Assembly (NCBI GenBank): GCA_963750025.1
Contig: CAVVPF010000002.1
Span: 20,081-84,080, forward strand
Origin: an uncultured Chloroflexia bacterium
GTDB taxonomy: Bacteria > Chloroflexota > Limnocylindria > QHBO01
Length of the DNA: 64,000 nt
Direction of reading: 5' to 3'
Under the pieces are notes generated by a model. It saw only the letters and a program-made list of their open reading frames with translations, searched no databases and was not told where the DNA came from. Positions 18,018 to 26,838 of this stretch are shown one piece after another. The translations under genes and the position numbers were made by a program. The first letter of the stretch is position 1. Every line of letters starts with the position of its first letter.

Positions 18018-18896
18018 TCACTCGAGCGCCCCTTCCAGCTCCTCGCCACCACCGGAGGCCAGCAGTTCGAGCCACTCGGGACTGCCGACCGGTGTCCCAC
18101 ACTCCCGGCGGCGCGGATCGCTGAGGATGACCGATAGAGCGGTCGCCGGCTTGTCGCCGGCGATGGGCTGGAGCGGTGCCATCTGGCCGAGTCGGCGCAG
18201 CACCGCGAGGTCGACCAGCCACCCGGTCGTCCAGCCCCGCAGCTGCGGGATGCTGTTGGCCCGGCGCCGCAGCCAGCGGAGCCTCGCCAGCGACGGGACC
18301 ACGAAGAGCACGTGCCAGCCCGGACGCTCGGCGAGTGCTCGTCGGTAGGCGAGCAACTTCTGGCTCATGACGGGGAGATGCTGGGTGGCCTCGTCGGTCT
18401 CGATGCAGATCACGCCGGAGCCGGTCGCCAGCTGCAGGACCAGGATGCTGTCGGGCAGCGGCGCGGGTCCCAGCAGGCCGGCGGCCATCGACTCGGTCAG
18501 CCAGGCCTGCAGCGGGTAGCGGTCGGGTCCGCACGGACGCGCCAGGGCGCAGACGGCTTCGGCGGTGTCGAGCCGATGTTGCAGCTCGTTGCTACCGGCC
18601 ACGCGGCGGTCGTGGTAGCCGAGGCGACGGCGGGCGGGCGCCGAGAGTCGGTAGGCGTTCGGGCTACGGCCGCTGGAGGGCGGGGCGAGCGCCGTGCGTT
18701 CGAGGTGGCCGGCTTGCCACAGTAGGAGGGTGCGCTGCTGGATCTTGCGCAGGTGGGCGCGGGTCAGTTCGCTGAGCTGGCGGCAGGTGGCGGCCTTGCT
18801 GCGATTGAGGAGGCGCAGGATGGCCCGATCACGGGTCGTCAGGCTGCGTCGCTCCGGCCGCGACGGGCGCGGGTAGGTGTGGAAGCGGGTGCTCAT
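18018..18896 (-). CDS. Replication-relaxation family protein (plasmid/ICE-associated)
   Basis: SLTTRDRAILRLLNRSKAATCRQLSEL...LLLWQAGHLER, followed by ILVLQLATGSGVICIETDEATQ, fits the Replic_Relax family architecture as I recall it. Confidence 0.6.
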   Translation of the reverse strand: MSTRFHTYPRPSRPERRSLTTRDRAILRLLNRSKAATCRQLSELTRAHLRKIQQRTLLLWQAGHLERTALAPPSSGRSPNAYRLSAPARRRLGYHDRRVAGSNELQHRLDTAEAVCALARPCGPDRYPLQAWLTESMAAGLLGPAPLPDSILVLQLATGSGVICIETDEATQHLPVMSQKLLAYRRALAERPGWHVLFVVPSLARLRWLRRRANSIPQLRGWTTGWLVDLAVLRRLGQMAPLQPIAGDKPATALSVILSDPRRRECGTPVGSPEWLELLASGGGEELEGALE

Positions 18897-18912
18897 GGAG
18901 CACCTCCCGCCT

Positions 18913-19008
18913 GGCGAACATACGGATCACGCTCGCCGCCCGTTCGGATAGCCGTTCGCTGCGGCGAACGCCGAAACGAACACCGAAACGAACGGCTTGG
19001 CGAACGAT
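18913..19008. repeat. Iteron-like cluster of GAACG/CGTTC motifs, including the direct repeat CCGAAACGAAC x2
   Basis: Seven copies of a (C)GAAC(G)/(C)GTTC(G) core lie within about 95 bp immediately upstream of the replication-relaxation start. The direct 11-mers are at 18971-18981 and 18983-18993. Confidence 0.6.
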
Positions 19009-19421
19009 TGCGCGGCGCGCTCATTGGCCGTCCTGGCGGTCCTGCGCGCGAGCCTGCCTCGACGGCCTGGCTCGCGGCTGCTCGCCCGCCTTGGCCGGGA
19101 GTGGCGCAGTCCGGCCGGAGATCTCGGCGCGCACCTCAGCCAGTGGCCGGGCATCGCGGCGGTCGCTGTCGGCGATCAGCGCGGCGGCCTGCTGCGGGTC
19201 ACCCGCCCCTGGCAGCCAGACCCGGCCGCCGTACACGACCGATCGAGACCAGGTGCGGAGACGCCTCACCCGCCGGCTCGAAGCCCTCGGCTACACCGTC
19301 TCCTTGGGGTCGGCCGCCTGAGCTATTTACGAGGCAGGCAATCAGATTCCCGGCAGGTGGCCGAGGACCGAGCTCGACCGGGCGTCGGGAACAGCCCGTC
19401 TATCAACGCCACTGCTCGTGC

Positions 19422-19518
19422 TATGCTCATTGCCATGCAGCCTCGAGCCACGCGCGGCATCTATGACACGAGCCCAGCATGCTCGTGTCCCCAGGCGGGA
19501 GCCCACCGGCCCGCCTGA
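19422..19518 (+). promoter_or_regulatory. -10 box plus leaderless 27-codon uORF (MQPRATRGIYDTSPACSCPQAGAHRPA) upstream of the sulfur-carrier operon
   Basis: TATGCT (19422-27), 7 nt, then ATG at 19435, with stop at 19516-18. Two Cys codons lie in ACSC. Hairpins CACGAGC-N7-GCTCGTG and CAGGCGGG-N9-CCCGCCTG overlap the uORF. Confidence 0.45.
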
Positions 19519-19627
19519 GCGCCCTCGCTCGCTCCAGTCGATCCCCAGGTCGGTCTCTCCCGCACTCCCTGATCCGGCGCCGCTGCGCGCCGATTCATGC
19601 CCTACCCACGCTCTAGAGACCGACACC

Positions 19628-20338
19628 ATGGCACCCAACGTCCGAACCGCACATCCCTACCGCGACCTCGACGTGATCGACGCGCGGGCGCCGCGCTTCA
19701 ACCAGGCCAGCATCGGCGTCCTGTCCCTGATGGCGGTCGCCACCGGCTGGTGGCTGATCCTGGGTCTCCTCGCCGCGCAGCTCGCGATCGGGCTGCGCTT
19801 CGGCCGTCGCTACTGCCTGGCGTGCGTCGCCTACTTCGAGCTCGTCCAGCCTCGGATCGGCGAGGGCCCCATCGAGGACAGTCGCCCTCCGCGCTTCGCC
19901 AACCAGGTCGGCCTGGCCGTCCTTGGCTCCGCCACGGTCGCGTACGCGCTCGGTTGGACCGCGCTCGGCACCGCTCTCGGCCTCCTGGTGGCCGTCCTCG
20001 CCCTCCTTGCGGCGATCACCGGCTTCTGCGCCGGCTGCCAGATCTACCGGCTCGGCGCCCGCTTGCGCGGATTCCGCCCGCGGGCGCTGGACCGGATCGA
20101 GCTGGCCGAGATGGGCGTCCGCACGCCGCCCGACGGCGAGATGGTGGTGGCCTTCAGCCATCCGCTCTGCACCGATTGCCACCAGCTGCTCGCCAGCCTG
20201 GAGGCCGCCGGCCGCCGCTACGTCAGCGTCGACGTGCGCGCGCGGCCCGAGCTCGCCCGCAAGTATGGAATCGCGCTCGTGCCGACCGCGGTCGCCGTCG
20301 CCGTCGATGGCACGGTGACCGGCCGGCTCGCCGGGTAA
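19628..20338 (+). CDS. DUF4395-like membrane domain fused to a thioredoxin/glutaredoxin-like domain
   Basis: ATG at 19628. RFNQASIGVL plus 4 hydrophobic helices. The C-terminal HPLCTDC redox motif is followed by YGIALVPT. Confidence 0.6.
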   Translation: MAPNVRTAHPYRDLDVIDARAPRFNQASIGVLSLMAVATGWWLILGLLAAQLAIGLRFGRRYCLACVAYFELVQPRIGEGPIEDSRPPRFANQVGLAVLGSATVAYALGWTALGTALGLLVAVLALLAAITGFCAGCQIYRLGARLRGFRPRALDRIELAEMGVRTPPDGEMVVAFSHPLCTDCHQLLASLEAAGRRYVSVDVRARPELARKYGIALVPTAVAVAVDGTVTGRLAG

Positions 20339-20353
20339 AGGAGGAACCACCCC

Positions 20354-21475
20354 ATGAGCTTCCGTGAGGTCGACGCCGCCGAGGCGGTCGCGCTCGCCCG
20401 CCGCGGATACCGCGTCATCGACGTTCGTGAGCGGTCCGAGTGGGACGCCGGGCACGTCGTCGGCGCGACGCTCCTGCCGCTGGCGGACATCGAGCAGCGG
20501 GTCCGAGAGGTCGTCCCTGACACGGGCGCGCCGCTCCTGCTCCATTGCGCGGTCGGCGCGCGCTCGGGCCGCGCCGCCGGCCGGCTCGTTCAGCTCGGCT
20601 ACACCGATGTCGTGAACATGAAGGCGCCCATCAAGGAGTGGAGGGAGAAGGGCGGGGACTGGGAGGAGCCGATTGCGCTGCTGGATCCGGGAGAGCAGCG
20701 TCGCTACGCGCGCCAGCTGCTGATCCCCGAGGTCGGGCAGGAGGGCCAGCGCCGCCTGCTTGATGCCAGGGTACTGCTCATCGGCGCCGGCGGCCTCGGG
20801 TCGCCGATCGCGCTCTACCTCGCCGCGGCAGGAGTGGGGACGATCGGCCTGGTGGACGACGATGTCGTCGACGAGTCGAACCTCCAGCGCCAGGTGCTCC
20901 ACGGAGAGGACCGGCTCGGCATGCTCAAGGTCGAGTCGGCCGAGCTCACGCTGCGCGCCCTCAATTCGCGCACGCGGGTCGTGAAGCACGTCGAGCGCCT
21001 CGACGCCGACAACGTCGAGCGCCTCATCGCCGGCTACGACGTCATCGTCGACGGCACGGACAACTTCGACACCCGCTACCTGCTCAACGACGCGGCGGTC
21101 AAGCTGCGCAGGCCGGTCGTGCACGGCTCGATTTACCGATGGGACGGCCAGCTCACGACCTTCGTGCCGTTCGAGGGGCCGTGCTACCGCTGCATGTACC
21201 CGACCCAGCCGCCCGCCGAGCTGGCACCGGCGTGCAGCGTGGCCGGTGTCCTCGGCGTCCTCCCCGGCATCGTCGGCCTGCTCCAGGCGAACGAGGTCCT
21301 CAAGCTCGTCCTCGGGGTCGGCGATACGCTTGCCGGGCGGCTGCTCCTGTTCGACGCCATGGGCACCACCCTCGACGAGGTCAGGCTCTGGCGCGACCCG
21401 GCCTGCCCCGCCTGCGGCGAGGGCTCGCCGTGCGCATCGGTCCGCGAGCAGCCGGCGCAGCCGGCATCGGTGTAG
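20354..21475 (+). CDS. Rhodanese-MoeB/ThiF adenylyltransferase/sulfurtransferase (MoeZ-type, rhodanese N-terminal)
   Basis: Rhodanese loop HCAVGARSG. ThiF fold LLIGAGGLGSP. DDDVVDESNLQRQ. Zinc cysteines CYRC...CPAC. Confidence 0.85.
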   Translation: MSFREVDAAEAVALARRGYRVIDVRERSEWDAGHVVGATLLPLADIEQRVREVVPDTGAPLLLHCAVGARSGRAAGRLVQLGYTDVVNMKAPIKEWREKGGDWEEPIALLDPGEQRRYARQLLIPEVGQEGQRRLLDARVLLIGAGGLGSPIALYLAAAGVGTIGLVDDDVVDESNLQRQVLHGEDRLGMLKVESAELTLRALNSRTRVVKHVERLDADNVERLIAGYDVIVDGTDNFDTRYLLNDAAVKLRRPVVHGSIYRWDGQLTTFVPFEGPCYRCMYPTQPPAELAPACSVAGVLGVLPGIVGLLQANEVLKLVLGVGDTLAGRLLLFDAMGTTLDEVRLWRDPACPACGEGSPCASVREQPAQPASV

Positions 21476-21485
21476 AGGCGGAGCC

Positions 21486-21761
21486 GTGAGCACCATTCGG
21501 ATTCCGCCGGTGCTGCGCGAGAACGTCGGCGGCAGCCGCACGGTGGAGGTCACGGGCAGCACCGTGGCCGAGGCGATCGAGGACCTGCTGGCGAGGCATC
21601 CCTCGCTGCGCGACCGCATCACCGACGACGGCAAGCTGTCGGGGTTCATCAATGTCTACGTCAACGAGCGCGACGTGCGCTACCGCGACGGCCTCGAGAC
21701 GCCGGTCGGCGCCGACGACACGATCGTCCTCCTGCCGGCGATGGCCGGAGGCGCAGGCTAG
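21486..21761 (+). CDS. MoaD/ThiS-family sulfur-carrier protein (CysO-like) with a 2-residue tail after GG
   Basis: GTG at 21486. VSTIRIPPVLRENVGG...VYVNERDV...TIVLLPAMAGG-AG stop. It lies between the E1 and CysM genes. Confidence 0.8.
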   Translation: MSTIRIPPVLRENVGGSRTVEVTGSTVAEAIEDLLARHPSLRDRITDDGKLSGFINVYVNERDVRYRDGLETPVGADDTIVLLPAMAGGAG

Positions 21762-21765
21762 ACCG

Positions 21766-22718
21766 ATGCCGGCGATTGTCGGCGGGGCGACGCACGACAT
21801 TCTCAGCACGATCGGTGGGACGCCGATGGTCGAGCTGGCGCGGCTGGCTCCGCACCCGGGCGTCCGCCTGTACGCCAAGCTCGAGGGCGCGAACCCGAGC
21901 GGCAGCGTTAAGGATCGCATCGCGCTGGCCATGGTCGAGTCGGCGCGCGAGTCGGGCGCTCTGCGGCCCGGGCAGACGATCCTCAGCCGTCGAGCGGTAA
22001 TACCGGCATCAGCCTGGCCATGATCGGGCGTCTGCTAGGCCATCCGGTGCGGATCGTGCTGCCGGACAACACCACTCGCGAACGGGAGCAGCAGCTCCGC
22101 CTCCACGGCGCTGAGATCATCCACTCGCCAGGGGCGGACGGGACGAACGGCGCCATCCGGATGGCGCACTCGCTGGCCGAAGCCGATCCCCAGCTCTTCA
22201 TGCCGTACCAGTACGGAAACGAGGCCAACCCGCGCGCCCACGAGGCGACGACCGGTCCCGAGATCCTCGAGCAGGTGCCCGACATCGACGCCTTCGTGGC
22301 CGGCCTCGGGACGGGCGGGACACTCACCGGGGTGGGTCGCTTCCTGAAGCGCGCGAAGGGCGACGTCCGCGTCGCCGCCGCCGTCCCGCTCCCCGGCGAG
22401 CAGGTACAGGGGCTGCGCTCGCTCGAGGATGGCTTCGTACCACCCGTGCTCGACGAGTCGATCCTCGACGATCGGTACCTCGTCAGCAATCGTGATGCGC
22501 TGATCGGGGTACGGCGCCTCCTGCGTGAGGAGGCCATCTTCGCCGGCCTGTCGAGCGGCGCGGCGGTCGCGGTGGCGGTACGGGTGGCGCGCGAGATGGC
22601 GTCAGGCGCCGTGGTGGTGCTCCTCGCCGATGGTGGTTGGAAGTACCTCTCGGCCGACCTGTGGACCCGCAACCTCGACGAGCTGTCCGACGAGCTCGGA
22701 GGCTCTCTGCTGTGGTGA
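21766..22718 (+). CDS. cysM: Cysteine synthase CysM/CysK family (carrier-thiocarboxylate dependent by context), frameshift near 21984 as sequenced
   Basis: GGTPMVEL...LEGANPSGSVKDR is in one frame and GISLAMIG...GTGGTLTG in the next. The expected EPSSGNTG motif is restored by adding one G after ATCCTC at about 21984. Confidence 0.8.
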
Positions 22719-22894
22719 GCGCCGGCCTGACGATCTCGTCCATCCTAGCCGACGAGCTCCTGGCACACGCGCGAGCCGAGGTGCCGAACGAGGCATGCGG
22801 TCTCCTCTCCGGGACCTGGCCGGCGTACCGCAACGGCCTACCATCCCACGCGGAAGGAGCAACTACAAGGTCCATTTCGGTTCGGGCCGCCTGA
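22715..22894 (+). pseudogene. Mec-like JAMM/MPN peptidase, N-terminal about 45 residues only
   Basis: The GTG at 22715 overlaps the cysM stop. LADELLAHARAEVPNEACGLLSG is the typical MPN N-terminal Glu/Cys region. The HxH...S..D metal site never appears, and sequence composition changes after about 22830. Confidence 0.5.
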
Positions 22895-23070
22895 TGATCC
22901 GATGCAACACGAGGCCGAGCTGCGCACCTCGCGGCGTGGCTTCGTGCGCGTTGCATCGACCGGTGAGCTCCTGGCGGAGCTGGGTCCCGTCGCCGCCTCA
23001 TTCCCCGGCTCGGGCCGAGCGGTGGACGCCAGTCGTTGAGAGGGGCTTCAGGCACATAGGAGGTGTATTC

Positions 23071-23895
23071 GTGAGTAGCGAGCGAAGCGGTGTAAAGAAC
23101 GACTTCCTCAAGACTTATGGCCGGACAGAACAGGATCTTCTGGGGGCCGACCAGCTGCGTGCACCGGGCCTCTTCGCGGGGGAGACCGAGTTCATCGAGT
23201 TCGCCAACCGGGATTATGAGCGGGACAGGCACTGGGCGTTTGAACTCAAGCCCGAGGAGTCTGCGCTGATTGTGGTGGACATGCAGGAGGACTTCGTAAA
23301 CCCGAATAATCCGATGTGCGTCCCCGAAGCGTACCGCCAGGTCCCTCGCATCAAGACCCTCATCGAAGCCTGTCGTGAGATCGGAGTTCGGGTTATCTAC
23401 TCGGCCCATAACATCGCGGGCGACTGCTGCGCCGACTTCTATGAGTACTGGGACCCGGTCGCGGCCGGGGCCATCAAGGAAGGGAGCGAAGGCGCCGATA
23501 TCTACCACGAGATCTACCCGAAGCCCGGTGAGCGGGTAATCCGGGTCAAGCACACCTATGACTCGTTCGCGGGGACTGACCTTGATTACGTGCTGAGGGA
23601 CCAGGACATCAAGACGATCATCATCTGCGGGACGCTCACGAACTTCTGCTGCGAGTCCACAGCCCGCACCGGCTACTTCCTGAACTATCACGTCGTGTTC
23701 GGCAGCGATGTCAATGCGTCCGACAACGCCATGGCTCACCACGCGACGATGCGGACCATGCGCCGGGGATTCGCAAGGGTGATGGATCATCAGACGATCA
23801 TCGATGTGCTCCGCAACGGTGATCGCCTCTACCGGCAGGCGAGGGAGGAGCGGTCGAAGTCGCTGCCGAAGGCCGAGCCCATCGGCGGTAGGTGA
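23071..23895 (+). CDS. Isochorismatase-family cysteine hydrolase
   Basis: AGGAGGTGTATTC-GTG start. Catalytic Asp context is ALIVVDMQEDF, Lys is in RVKHTYDSF and Cys is in CGTLTNFCCEST. GC is visibly lower than in the flanks. Confidence 0.8.
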   Translation: MSSERSGVKNDFLKTYGRTEQDLLGADQLRAPGLFAGETEFIEFANRDYERDRHWAFELKPEESALIVVDMQEDFVNPNNPMCVPEAYRQVPRIKTLIEACREIGVRVIYSAHNIAGDCCADFYEYWDPVAAGAIKEGSEGADIYHEIYPKPGERVIRVKHTYDSFAGTDLDYVLRDQDIKTIIICGTLTNFCCESTARTGYFLNYHVVFGSDVNASDNAMAHHATMRTMRRGFARVMDHQTIIDVLRNGDRLYRQAREERSKSLPKAEPIGGR

Positions 23896-24666
23896 GTCGC
23901 GAGTGACGGGCCGGCTTGGGGCCCTCCGCTGCCGCGCCGGAGGCCCGAACCGCCCCACCTTGGGAAGCCGGAGGAGCAGCGTGCCGAAGCCGACTCGAGT
24001 CTGTCGATCTTGAAGCCACTCCCTGGACGCCGGAGGGAGTCGGGGGCCTGTGCGCGCGCGAGTCAGCACCAAGCGCTCCGGCGTGGGCTACATGGCATAA
24101 CTGAGCCCGATGCGCTCGTCGCAGGACGAAGGGAAACTCTTGCCCGGGCGGGGCACCTGACTCCCCGGGAACCCGAAGATGCGAAGACCCGGCAGCGGGC
24201 CGGTCAGAGCACGATCTCGGCTGCAAGCGGGCCCGCCGGCAGCCATCGGCGACCCTTGACTCTGGATCAGGTTCTCTTTCTACGCCGACTCTCAAGCAGC
24301 CCGCACCCACTCGTCGCGGCCGGCGAACGGGATGCGGATCAGGCGCTCACGATGGAGTGCGGTAACGCGGGTTTGAACCCGATCGGGCCCGCCATTCACC
24401 CCGAAGATGCTCTCTTCGTCCTGCGAGACGATCGCCTGCTCCAGCCTCGTGCGATCCAGCAGGTCTGGCGTCGCTCTGTAGGTCTCCTCGGCGACGACCT
24501 CCGAGCCATCCACCGCTGGGCCTCGTCAGTCGAACCTCTCGGGGCGGACGCCTCGCGTGACCCGGACGTAGTTCCATTGGGATGCGATCCGCCGGGGCAA
24601 TCCCAGAGTGACGCCCGGAGTCGGCCCGCTCCCACCGTCCGAGGCCGTGCAGAACCGAGGATCCGT

Positions 24667-25488
24667 TCAGTCGAGGCGCAGCTCGCGCAGGCGCCGGGCG
24701 ACGTCCTCGATCGTGTTCGTGAACGGCGGTAGCCGTGACGGATCCACCCACGACCCCATCGTCTCGTCCCAGGCCCGCTCGATGGCCTCGAGGTTCAGCC
24801 GCCACAGGCCGGACCGCCAGCGGCGGTGACGCGTCAGCGCCAGCTTCGCGTCGACCGCCCGGCGCAGATCAGCCGGATCGAGATGCCAGCCCGACTCGAT
24901 CAGGTACAGCCGCAGGTCGAAGAGGTCCCGGGGTTGGGCGCGCTGCACGAGCGTGCGCAGCTTCTCGGCGACCAGCTCGACCTCGGCCACGGCGGGCACC
25001 GAGAAGGGTGCGATGCCAAGCTCAGAGACGTCGAAGAGCGCATCGCGGACCGCGAAGACGAGGTCTTCGCGCACGCTCACCTCGAGCTTGGCGGTGCCCG
25101 CATCGGTGAGCGAATCGAAGTGGAAGTAGACGATCAGACCGCCCGGCGTGCGGTCGGGCTCGCCGTCGAGGCGCACGTTGAACACGCGACCGGCGCGCCG
25201 CAGATCGGCGATCACCCGCTCGGGGTCGATGCGGCGCTGGCGGCCGGTCGTCGCGTCGATGTCCGCCGATGACCGCGGGGAACGCAGCTCGCCGGCCATC
25301 AGGATGCCGCCCTTGAGCGCGACGCGATGGATGAAGCTGGCTGGCTCGACGGCGAGGCGCTCGAGGATGGCAAGCAGGACGAGGCAGGCCTCCTCGTTCT
25401 GAAAGCGACGCATGGCCGCCGCGTCGCTCGCCTCGCGGGCGGCCTGATAGTCGGCCGCGATCGCTTCGCGGCTGCGCGTCTCAGCCAT
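24667..25488 (-). CDS. AbiEii/AbiGii-family nucleotidyltransferase toxin (type IV TA / abortive infection)
   Basis: LKGGILMAG...SADIDAT NTase motif. 273 aa. The start ATG at 25488 overlaps the upstream antitoxin stop by 8 nt. Confidence 0.75.
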   Translation of the reverse strand: MAETRSREAIAADYQAAREASDAAAMRRFQNEEACLVLLAILERLAVEPASFIHRVALKGGILMAGELRSPRSSADIDATTGRQRRIDPERVIADLRRAGRVFNVRLDGEPDRTPGGLIVYFHFDSLTDAGTAKLEVSVREDLVFAVRDALFDVSELGIAPFSVPAVAEVELVAEKLRTLVQRAQPRDLFDLRLYLIESGWHLDPADLRRAVDAKLALTRHRRWRSGLWRLNLEAIERAWDETMGSWVDPSRLPPFTNTIEDVARRLRELRLD

Positions 25489-26224
25489 ACACCCGCCAGC
25501 GGGTGGAGTACGGGCCGCGACGCGTGTCTTTGGGCCGCAGGCGGACGGCGCGCAGCGGCCGCAGCTCCGCCAGCAGCTTCGGCGGTCGGCGTCCGGCCTC
25601 CTCGAGCAGGTACCCGAGGCGCTGGCCGGCAGCGGTCGATCGGGCCAGTGCACCGACCGCCGTTCGCTCCAGCTCATCGTCGGCGAAGACAGCCAGCACC
25701 TCGGCGAGCAGATCGCCATATACCATCCAGGCGGGCTCGGCCACGGCATCGACGACCGCCTGCTCGCGGCTCGCCAGCCGGACCGCGAAGCCGTCGGCGG
25801 TCGTCGCGTAGGCGTCGGCGGCTCGAAGGCGGTCCGCGCTGACGGTGACCGGGCGGACGACGGCCGGCCCGATGTCGATCGCCCGCCGGCTGCGGGAGAG
25901 CACGACCGTGATGGTTCGGATCGGCTGGTCGAGGAGGCCGTGGAAGGCGAGGGCCGCGTCGGTGGTCAGGTAGTGCGGCACCTCGCTGAACAGCGCGCTG
26001 GCGATCGCGGCGGCGGGGGTCTCGCGCACCGGATCGATCACGACGTAGAGGCCGCGTCCCACGCGCCGCAGGCGCCCTGCTCTGGCGAGCCGGCGCATGC
26101 ACTGGTCTGGCGCATAGCCGGGCGGGACGACCTCGGCCTGAGCGCGGCGCCAGGCAGCCGACCGCAGGTCGACGACGGCCATCCGATGGCGCAGATACCA
26201 GTCGGGAAGATCGGAGCAGCTCAT
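25481..26224 (-). CDS. AbiEi-family antitoxin / transcriptional regulator
   Basis: N-terminal wHTH (RRLARAGRLRRVGRGLYVV) plus a C-terminal domain. It lies immediately upstream of, and is translationally coupled to, the AbiEii-like gene. Confidence 0.75.
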   Translation of the reverse strand: MSCSDLPDWYLRHRMAVVDLRSAAWRRAQAEVVPPGYAPDQCMRRLARAGRLRRVGRGLYVVIDPVRETPAAAIASALFSEVPHYLTTDAALAFHGLLDQPIRTITVVLSRSRRAIDIGPAVVRPVTVSADRLRAADAYATTADGFAVRLASREQAVVDAVAEPAWMVYGDLLAEVLAVFADDELERTAVGALARSTAAGQRLGYLLEEAGRRPPKLLAELRPLRAVRLRPKDTRRGPYSTRWRVYG

Positions 26225-26244
26225 GGTGTCACCCGTTGGCTCAA

Positions 26245-26273
26245 ACCGTACATTCTTGTCGGGTTCAAGTCAA
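26245..26273 (-). promoter_or_regulatory. Candidate promoter of abiEi-abiEii
   Basis: Minus strand reads TTGACT (26273-68), a 17-nt spacer, then TACGGT (26250-45), 20 nt before the ATG at 26224. Confidence 0.45.
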
Positions 26274-26496
26274 TAGATGACACCGCACCCGTTGGGTGCT
26301 CGAGCGAGACATTGGGCCGGAGCTTGGTCAGCATCGACGGTGAACGACTCGTCGACGCCCGGCCACCTCGCCTCCGCGCGCTTGATCCCGTCACGTTTGG
26401 CTCGGGAGCGACAGGCCCGCAGAGCTACCAGGCGCGCCGGCTCCTCGGATGACGAGACATCCGTCATCCGGTCCGCTCGATAATGCCCGCCGGATC

Positions 26497-26838
26497 AGTC
26501 GTCGCCGGGCGTTCCGAGGAAGGTCGCGAACTCCAGGCGAAGCGCAGGGAGATCGACCGGTTGTCCTGCGATCGTGTCGAGCGCATCAGGCAACGGCCAC
26601 AGCAAGAGGCGTCCCTGCCGTGCCAGATACAGCCCGACGGACGTGACCTCGAACTCGCCCACCGCGTCGAGCAAGAGGTAGCCCAGCAGCAGCCGGATCC
26701 AGGCCCCGTCGATCCGCGGGTTGATCGTCGTCTTGATCTCAAGCAGCGTTCATGGAAATGTTCAACCACTGGACGCCGCGTCCACCGCGCCGTCGATCGC
26801 CCAGTGCGAGGCCGCGACCAGGTACTGCGAGCGCCTGC
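26497..26838 (-). pseudogene. PD-(D/E)XK nuclease-like gene remnant (no N-terminus, internal frameshift near 26765)
   Basis: ..QYLVAASHWAIDGAVDAASSG is in one frame. TLLEIKTTINPRIDGAWIRLLLGYLLLD...FLGTPGDD stop (26497-99) is in another. The D...E-x-K arrangement is nuclease-like. No start codon is available before the ORF runs into the argF 3' end. Confidence 0.35.

Noticed and set aside
16994-18100. The 368-aa minus-strand ORF spanning the 3' part of the nucleotidyltransferase-like gene.
   Set aside because: Only its first approximately 60 residues after position 18000 resemble anything (the IS256-type C-terminus). The remainder is antisense read-through of the plus-strand gene.
19021-19321. 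Overlapping ORFs 19021-19269 (minus) and 19091-19321 (plus, ending ..RRLEALGYTVSLGSAA, reminiscent of a transposase C-terminus).
   Set aside because: Both frames show similarly high third-position GC, and I recognise no family with confidence. I cannot decide which strand, if either, is coding.
19613-21652. Very long ORFs antisense to well-supported genes. Examples are 19613-21652 (679 aa), 10489-12234, 26752-28326, 35987-38074 (695 aa), 53022-55001 and 60986-61939.
   Set aside because: They are Arg/Pro/Gly/Ala-rich and contain no motif I recognise. Each lies opposite a gene with clear family signatures. These are typical stop-poor shadow frames of high-GC DNA.
24292-24666. Small minus-strand ORFs downstream of abiEii (73-aa MDGSEVVAEETYRATPDLLDR..., and a fragment ending ..IASQWNYVRVTRGVRPERFD).
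   Set aside because: They have no SD-linked starts and no recognisable motifs. They may be remnants of a broken gene. The evidence is insufficient for a feature call.
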